Origin: Candidatus Poribacteria bacterium
GTDB taxonomy: Bacteria; Poribacteria; WGA-4E; WGA-3G
NCBI GenBank assembly: GCA_009839975.1
Contig: VXOP01000167.1
Span: forward strand, 185 to 64,184
Reading direction: 5' to 3'
DNA length: 64,000 nt
Positions 58,316 through 64,000 of the stretch are shown here, in pieces. Every line of letters starts with the position of its first letter. Position 1 is the first letter of the stretch. The position numbers were made by a program, and so were the translations under genes. The notes under the pieces were generated by a model. It saw nothing but the letters and a program-made list of their open reading frames with translations. It was not told the origin of the DNA and ran no database searches.

Positions 58316-61300
58316 TTATTGATTTAGTTTTCCCAATTCCTTTTCAAGATTGCATTTAGATTTCTTTCCGCCGTGGATACTCGGTTCGGCACACAACAAT
58401 TCGCGGAGGCGATGGACAGCATTGTGTGCATCTTTACTTGTGATGTCTAACACTTCATTCAGTAAACGACGATCAAGTTCGTGACGCACAGGGTCATGGT
58501 CTAATTCATTAAAAGGTAACATGCGTTTATGTTTCAAATCATGAAAGATACGTTCTGCGTTTGCTAACGCTTTATTTGACAAACACCTCACATCCAACGT
58601 TGGCATTTGAAGCAATGAGGTTCTTGAACCTCTACCTCTACCCGGCTGTTGCTTTCCACTATGCGCCCAATGTAGCAGAAGTCCTAAAGTTGAATTTCCC
58701 CAGAGAGTCCAAACGTAATCGCAAATCAGTTTTTCAAATACAACGTTGGGCAAAGAACTTATCCCAAGAGAGGGTTTTTCTGTGAAAAAGACACCGAGGG
58801 AGTTAGCACTGAAACCTATATCCACATTAAAGTGAACACGTCCGCTGCGGGTGAGTATCATCTGAGCTTTTTCGTGACGATTGGGACGAGGAATTGCATG
58901 GCAATCGGGTTCAACTACCATTGCCCGTTGTGCTGGTGCATTAAGATGCCATAATCCTGGATAAAGATCAGTGTCTGTGCAACCTTTTTCTATATCAAAT
59001 GCACCACGTTCACTTTTCTCAAAAATATCCCGATGGCTTGCACTTATTTTCGCGATATCATTGACCAAGCAGATAGGAATTTCTAAAGGAGCAGCTTGAG
59101 TTGGCAACCACATCTCACCGTTTGCTAAACGGTGCGCGGATTGGATTAATGCCATCTCCTTAATCCGAACCGCATCCCACGACCTGTCTATTTGTAGTGG
59201 ACAATTGAGTGCATGTCCAACTATTTCTTCACCGACTTTCAGTGGTTTACCACCGCTCGGTTCATCTTCTAATCTCCGTAAGTTTTCAAACTTGTTGATG
59301 ATATTTGCTATCTCAATTGCTTCTAATACACTCTGAGGTCTATGAGAAAGGGATATAAAGGTTCCGCGTCCAGTATTGTTCTCTTTTTTACCTTTGGTAG
59401 CAACTACCATGCATTCAGCCATGCTCGTATCAGCAGAAAACGCGCAATCCTCAGCTTTAGCATCCGCGATGGTAAGAACTACCACGTCGTGATATTCGGT
59501 CGCCCACAAATTACGGACATTCTTCCAGTCTGAGACAGCGAGGCATGTAATAGGTAAAATGAACCCCATTCTGCTTTTGCCATTTTCCTTTAGCATTTTG
59601 TCTGCAAGGTCAACAAAATCGGAGGCGAGTCCTGCATTTCCGTTACCGACTCGCCACTTTTTTCGTTTCCGCGCTTGTCGCATGTTCTGTTCTTCTTCTT
59701 TTTCTCTGTCAGATCCTCTGAATACGGCTTTAGGTGTACCACTGCTTGCATCGGAGTCTGGTCTGGTAAACGGAGGATTTAGGACAACAATGTCAAATTC
59801 ATTATGTTGGAACTCATGCTCTGTTACTACAGTCAGGTCGTCTTCTCCGCCAACTTGTTGAATCTCAGTTCCCATCATTGGAAGGGGGATCGTTGCTTCG
59901 GGTTCATCAAATAGATCGAGCGCACCGAGGGCGTAAATTCCGTCTTTTTGCCTTCCGTAAGGCATTGTATAGATTCGGGTGTTACCGATTTTCAAGTCTG
60001 GATAGGTGCTTGTAAGGAGTGACGCGGTTAAGTGACTTGCGTTTGGTAAAATGTCACATCCAACAAGGTTGTTCTCAATCATTTGGATGTGAATGCTGCT
60101 GCCATTACTGCCAGCTTGTTCATGGAGTTCAAGGATACGTTGGTATACGCCGTTGAGAAGTGAACCTGTACCGCAGGCGAAATCTGCGACCTTTAATTCG
60201 CTTAAATCTTCTTGGGATTTTGGCAAGACTAACGCAGATAATAGAGAGGCGGATTCGAGACGCGTGTAGTTTGCTTTTATATACTTTCTGTCAACAATAA
60301 GCCGTTGAAAAACGGTACCTGCAAGTTCGTGTACCTGTGTGAGTCGTTGGTCAACCAGTTCCCTCGCTGCCCTGCAGAGAATTGCCAATACTCTATCAAT
60401 CAGTTCGTCGTCGGTTGCAATTGCTTCAATGAGTCGTTTGGCAACGTAGAAAATCGGACGATAGTTTACGTTGAGAATAACGTTCCATCCTGCACGGACT
60501 TGATCATAACGGAGACGTCTCGCGTCGTCGGACAACATCTGTTTGAGAGACAGGACATCTTTCATTTCGGGTTTACCGGCAAGTGCGCTCTGAAACACAA
60601 AGGCGTTGGTAATGATTAGCATTGCCATGCGTGAGGTCTGCTCACCAGATTTTTGGAAAAGAATCCCTTCAATTTCCTGACCGATGCTGGGGCGTTCTGC
60701 AATTGCTGTCTCAAGCTGCTTTGCGGCAATCTCTATCCGTGCTTCTAACAGGTCAGCGGCAGCGTTGATTTTGGAGATAGGCGTTGATCCGACACGAATA
60801 GCAGTTGCTATGTCGGCTACACTACCTTTTAACCAACCTTCTTTTGGAAAACGTTCAGGTTCTGCTTCGTTATCCTGTTCTGTCTCTTTGGTTTGATATG
60901 TGAATGGCACTAAATCGGGTTCAGGTTCGTTTTCAGGTTTTGGGCTGTTAATAAGCATGTAAGCAATATCTTCAGCAGTCCGCATTTCTGCGTCAATGTT
61001 TCCTTGTGGCATCGTTTTGAAACGTGCAGGCATGCGGATTCGTAGGACATTCTCTACGGTATCGTAGGTAATACCTGAGAAAATGTTGGGATCAAGCATC
61101 ATGCCAAAATGTGCTGCTGCCTGCGCCATGCCTGAGAGATTAGGTGTTTTTCCGTCGATCTTTACTTCAATGACGATTGGGTTTCTACCTGTTTCGGTGA
61201 CAATCACATCAGGTTTTTGTGAAACGTGGAGGAATGGTTTGGTGATTTGTTCGTTGACACTCCATGCATCTCTCATGTTGCGTAGGACGTTTACAAATGC

Positions 61301-61330
61301 ACTGGTGATTGTGTTTTCGCTGTTTGCCAT
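58316..61330 (-). CDS. Large N6-adenine DNA methyltransferase fusion protein, candidate Type IIG restriction-modification enzyme (MmeI-like)
   Basis: 1004 aa. The N-terminal region has a PD-(D/E)xK-like pattern (KPDVIV...IEVKIDGK). The middle has SAM motif I DFACGTGSLL and motif IV VVLNPPFT. A roughly 350-aa C-terminal region could serve as the target-recognition domain. Confidence 0.6.
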   Translation of the reverse strand: MANSENTITSAFVNVLRNMRDAWSVNEQITKPFLHVSQKPDVIVTETGRNPIVIEVKIDGKTPNLSGMAQAAAHFGMMLDPNIFSGITYDTVENVLRIRMPARFKTMPQGNIDAEMRTAEDIAYMLINSPKPENEPEPDLVPFTYQTKETEQDNEAEPERFPKEGWLKGSVADIATAIRVGSTPISKINAAADLLEARIEIAAKQLETAIAERPSIGQEIEGILFQKSGEQTSRMAMLIITNAFVFQSALAGKPEMKDVLSLKQMLSDDARRLRYDQVRAGWNVILNVNYRPIFYVAKRLIEAIATDDELIDRVLAILCRAARELVDQRLTQVHELAGTVFQRLIVDRKYIKANYTRLESASLLSALVLPKSQEDLSELKVADFACGTGSLLNGVYQRILELHEQAGSNGSSIHIQMIENNLVGCDILPNASHLTASLLTSTYPDLKIGNTRIYTMPYGRQKDGIYALGALDLFDEPEATIPLPMMGTEIQQVGGEDDLTVVTEHEFQHNEFDIVVLNPPFTRPDSDASSGTPKAVFRGSDREKEEEQNMRQARKRKKWRVGNGNAGLASDFVDLADKMLKENGKSRMGFILPITCLAVSDWKNVRNLWATEYHDVVVLTIADAKAEDCAFSADTSMAECMVVATKGKKENNTGRGTFISLSHRPQSVLEAIEIANIINKFENLRRLEDEPSGGKPLKVGEEIVGHALNCPLQIDRSWDAVRIKEMALIQSAHRLANGEMWLPTQAAPLEIPICLVNDIAKISASHRDIFEKSERGAFDIEKGCTDTDLYPGLWHLNAPAQRAMVVEPDCHAIPRPNRHEKAQMILTRSGRVHFNVDIGFSANSLGVFFTEKPSLGISSLPNVVFEKLICDYVWTLWGNSTLGLLLHWAHSGKQQPGRGRGSRTSLLQMPTLDVRCLSNKALANAERIFHDLKHKRMLPFNELDHDPVRHELDRRLLNEVLDITSKDAHNAVHRLRELLCAEPSIHGGKKSKCNLEKELGKLNQ

Positions 61331-61364
61331 GACTATTTACACCGGGGACTTCACAAGTAGGCGT

Positions 61365-62207
61365 TTACGCAAATAACGCTGCATTAGGTTGTCCACGATA
61401 AAGAACAACGCGATAGCGTAACGTCAAAGCCTCATCAGGAGCAAGATTGAACGGTTCATTGTAGACAGGTGAGGGATGGATTAGGCAGTAGTTTTCCCGG
61501 TTGCGGACCCACCACGGTGTTGGATGGCGTGGGTTGTCGGGGTGGTCTATGATGGCGATGCCGTAGGTTTTATTGTCAGCGGGATGTTGGGATGTGAAAC
61601 TGCACCATTTACTCTGTTTGCCGAAGATGTCCATCGGTTCGGTACGTCCATCAGCGTCTAAGAGTTTACCGGGTGTGATGATATTGTCAAATCGTATTGC
61701 CATGCCGCTGTAGTATCTACCCATCCCGCCAGGGTCACCGCGGCGGAGATCAAGTACTACATCACGTTCTGTCGCACGAAGTGTCAATCCTACAGAAATT
61801 TGCATCGTATTGTCAGATGGAGAGTGAACGGTTATTCTTCTTGTTTCATTGAGATGGATTGTGTTTTGCCAGTCTATCCATGCGTTTTCTGTTGTTATGC
61901 TTGCACTGTCGGTGGTCGTGTTTAGCGATATGATTCGTTGGTGAACGATTTTACCGAAACCTGTAGGGTCAGCACCTTGTGCGGGTTGTTCCCAGAATTT
62001 AACATCGTTTACCATTTTCCACGCGACCCATAGACCTTGATGATGGACGTGGTCTCCGGGTTCGTTCATGGTGAGAGGCGGTGCACCGGGTAGGTTCAGT
62101 GGATGGCAAAAGGGACGGTTGCCGTCTTCAGGAAAATGGTATCCTAAGACCTGTTGGTCGTTCCACGCGATTGTTAGACTGTGTTGTGTTTTTGTTAGTG
62201 AGAACAT
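61365..62207 (-). CDS. Hypothetical protein (possible DUF6807/PmoA-like family)
   Basis: 280 aa with a His-rich motif (PGDHVHHQGLWVAW). The family name was recalled from memory and is uncertain. Confidence 0.3.
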   Translation of the reverse strand: MFSLTKTQHSLTIAWNDQQVLGYHFPEDGNRPFCHPLNLPGAPPLTMNEPGDHVHHQGLWVAWKMVNDVKFWEQPAQGADPTGFGKIVHQRIISLNTTTDSASITTENAWIDWQNTIHLNETRRITVHSPSDNTMQISVGLTLRATERDVVLDLRRGDPGGMGRYYSGMAIRFDNIITPGKLLDADGRTEPMDIFGKQSKWCSFTSQHPADNKTYGIAIIDHPDNPRHPTPWWVRNRENYCLIHPSPVYNEPFNLAPDEALTLRYRVVLYRGQPNAALFA

Positions 62208-62220
62208 ATTTTATATAACT

Positions 62221-63045
62221 TTAGTTAAGGTAAGGGTTCACAACTTCGCGTTCAATTGCTAGACCTTCCCATTCATCATCACCAGGTCCGTCGTAGATGA
62301 GGGTGTGTGGTCCCGCGAAACCGGCATTCTTTGTGAGTTCAAGGCATTGGATATAATCGTCTTTGTCTATTTTGCGTGGTGCTGTGAAATGTGCTTTTGT
62401 ATGACACGATTCCGCTAACGGAGCGATTTCAGCAAGGTTCGTATATTTTGCTTCACCTCGCCAGTTACCAAAATCTAAACAGAGTCCAACTTTACCATCT
62501 AATTGGTCTAAAATAGTCAGCACATTTTCTGGTGTAGAAAAGATAGAGAACCAGTTTTCAGTCATCAATCGAATACCTGCTGTATCAGCACGTTCTGTGA
62601 GTTTAGATAATACCTGTTGACTTTGTGCTAATGTTGCCTGAGTCGGTTCTGCTTTGCCCCCGATGACGCGTGCACACTTTGCACCGAGTTCTCCAGCGAT
62701 GTCAATCCATTTTTCTATCCAAGCAATGTCACGTTCTGCATGAGAAGGGTGCGTAATATCACCTTCGTCTATTAGCAAAGAGAATAGTTCGACGTCGGCA
62801 TCTTGGAAGGCAGCACGTAATTCTAATAGGTAAGTTTGCTCAACTGATGGAAGATGAAAATGGCACAACTCCATAGTATTGATCCCAAATTCGGCTATGT
62901 GTTTGGGTAAGTCTAAGAGTGGAATGGGACCCTTGTTATGTGTTTCAGTAGGGATTTGCAGGTCGTGTGCTGGACCTGTAAAACCGGGTTTACCGAGTTG
63001 TCGATGCAAACTCCAAGTTGAAACAGAGATACGTGGTGTTGACAT
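62221..63045 (-). CDS. Sugar phosphate isomerase/epimerase (xylose-isomerase-like TIM barrel)
   Basis: TIM-barrel pattern with metal ligands (MELCHF, ENWF, LDFGNW). Confidence 0.6.
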   Translation of the reverse strand: MSTPRISVSTWSLHRQLGKPGFTGPAHDLQIPTETHNKGPIPLLDLPKHIAEFGINTMELCHFHLPSVEQTYLLELRAAFQDADVELFSLLIDEGDITHPSHAERDIAWIEKWIDIAGELGAKCARVIGGKAEPTQATLAQSQQVLSKLTERADTAGIRLMTENWFSIFSTPENVLTILDQLDGKVGLCLDFGNWRGEAKYTNLAEIAPLAESCHTKAHFTAPRKIDKDDYIQCLELTKNAGFAGPHTLIYDGPGDDEWEGLAIEREVVNPYLN

Positions 63046-63171
63046 AATAAATTCTCCAGATTAGTCTTTATTAGCGTGTCTGATAGCAGTGCCTACAACT
63101 ATACCGAGGGTGATAAAAAATGCTATAAGTACTACGGCGACGAGTATTTCTCTCCAATCCATTATAATTCC

Positions 63172-63888
63172 TCATAGCTTTTGGCTAATCCACGCGACAA
63201 CTTTTTCTACCATAATAACTGATGAATCACCAGAAAAAACGTGGTCTACCCCCGGAAGTTCAAGGAGTTCTGTCGGTTCATTTGCATAATTAAGAATATC
63301 AATGCTATCCTGAAGCGGAACGATATCGTCTTCTGTACCGTGAACTAATAACCACGGAACAGCGAATTGACTTGCTTGTTTTGCGACACTGTCAATCGTT
63401 GTTGTGTCATCCATATAGACTTTTGAGAGTGGACAATCGGGTTCATCCCACATAAAACCTTCATCAGGTGTAACATCTCCGAATTCTCGTTTAGCAAATT
63501 CTTTTGTATGTACCATCCCTGCTAAAGAGACGAGGACTTGAATGCGTTCATCGGTAGCAGCACGAAGCACACCGACTGCACCCCCCATACTATGTCCAAC
63601 GTAACAGACTTTATAGTCGTTGAGAACATTGAGGATGCTGCCGAGGTCTGCAACCTCTTTTGTGATAGTGGAATCTGTAAACGCGCCTTCCGATTCACCG
63701 TTGCCGGAGAATGAAAAACGTAGCGCGGAGATTCCAGCATCAGCCAGTCCTTCTGCTAAAGCGATGAGTGCAGGTCTATCTTTATTTCCTGTGACGCCAT
63801 GTCCAATCACGACGATTCTATTGTCATTCCCTTCGTGGTATGTATAATCAAGACGTTCACCGTGTTCGTTTCTAATTTCACCAAACAT
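63172..63888 (-). CDS. Alpha/beta hydrolase
   Basis: GHSMGG nucleophile elbow. Downstream Asp/His pattern (VHGTEDDIVP, VDHVF). Confidence 0.8.
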   Translation of the reverse strand: MFGEIRNEHGERLDYTYHEGNDNRIVVIGHGVTGNKDRPALIALAEGLADAGISALRFSFSGNGESEGAFTDSTITKEVADLGSILNVLNDYKVCYVGHSMGGAVGVLRAATDERIQVLVSLAGMVHTKEFAKREFGDVTPDEGFMWDEPDCPLSKVYMDDTTTIDSVAKQASQFAVPWLLVHGTEDDIVPLQDSIDILNYANEPTELLELPGVDHVFSGDSSVIMVEKVVAWISQKL

Positions 63889-64000
63889 AATTTCTTTGTT
63901 TCCTAATAGGGTCTGATGGTGATTTATCTGTGAGGCGCGAAGACCTCACAGATATCTTTATATGAAGATTAAAAAATAAATTCGTTAATTCTGAACACCA

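Noticed and set aside
63889-63960. 10-bp stem hairpin (atctgtgagg-cgcgaaga-cctcacagat) upstream of the alpha/beta hydrolase gene
   Set aside because: It could terminate a gene beyond the window edge or act as a 5'UTR structure. The context needed to decide lies outside the window.

Overview
This is a 64 kb chromosomal segment at roughly 45% GC. The gene content points to a didermic bacterium: LPS heptosyltransferase, OmpA-like and Omp85-like proteins, TAT and lipoprotein signals. It is also rich in eukaryote-like repeat proteins, including a 638-aa WD40 protein and a 3137-aa TPR giant. Main content from 5' to 3' is as follows. (1) An apparently orphan type I-D-like CRISPR effector module at 270-4926: HD-domain Cas10d, Zn-finger Cas7d/Csc2 and Cas5d/Csc1. 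It has no cas6, adaptation genes or canonical array downstream. It is followed by about 1 kb of non-coding DNA carrying a consensus sigma70 promoter, a terminated small transcript and two dispersed repeat families. One family has I-D-like CRISPR repeat architecture but is degenerate here. (2) A complete Pup-proteasome gene cluster at 14.3-21.2 kb: mpa/arc, dop, pup, prcB, prcA, pafA. (3) Sugar and central metabolism genes (RhaA-like isomerase, RpiA, two TIM-barrel sugar-phosphate isomerases, a Gfo/Idh/MocA oxidoreductase, PheA, QueG), and a Mo-enzyme plus Rieske protein pair. (4) Envelope proteins (GT9 heptosyltransferase, OmpA-like, a fused peptidase/TolB/Omp85 protein, a UPF0182 membrane protein). 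(5) A candidate selenoprotein with an in-frame UGA and SECIS-like hairpin that the ORF track missed. (6) Near the 3' end, a cluster of four CRISPR-like repeat units in two inverted pairs with 19-nt mini-spacers, next to a roughly 1000-aa PD-ExK plus N6-adenine methyltransferase protein that is a Type IIG RM candidate. Every call rests on reading motifs in the translated ORFs and in the DNA. No database searches were run, so family assignments are recognition-based and should be confirmed with HMM searches.
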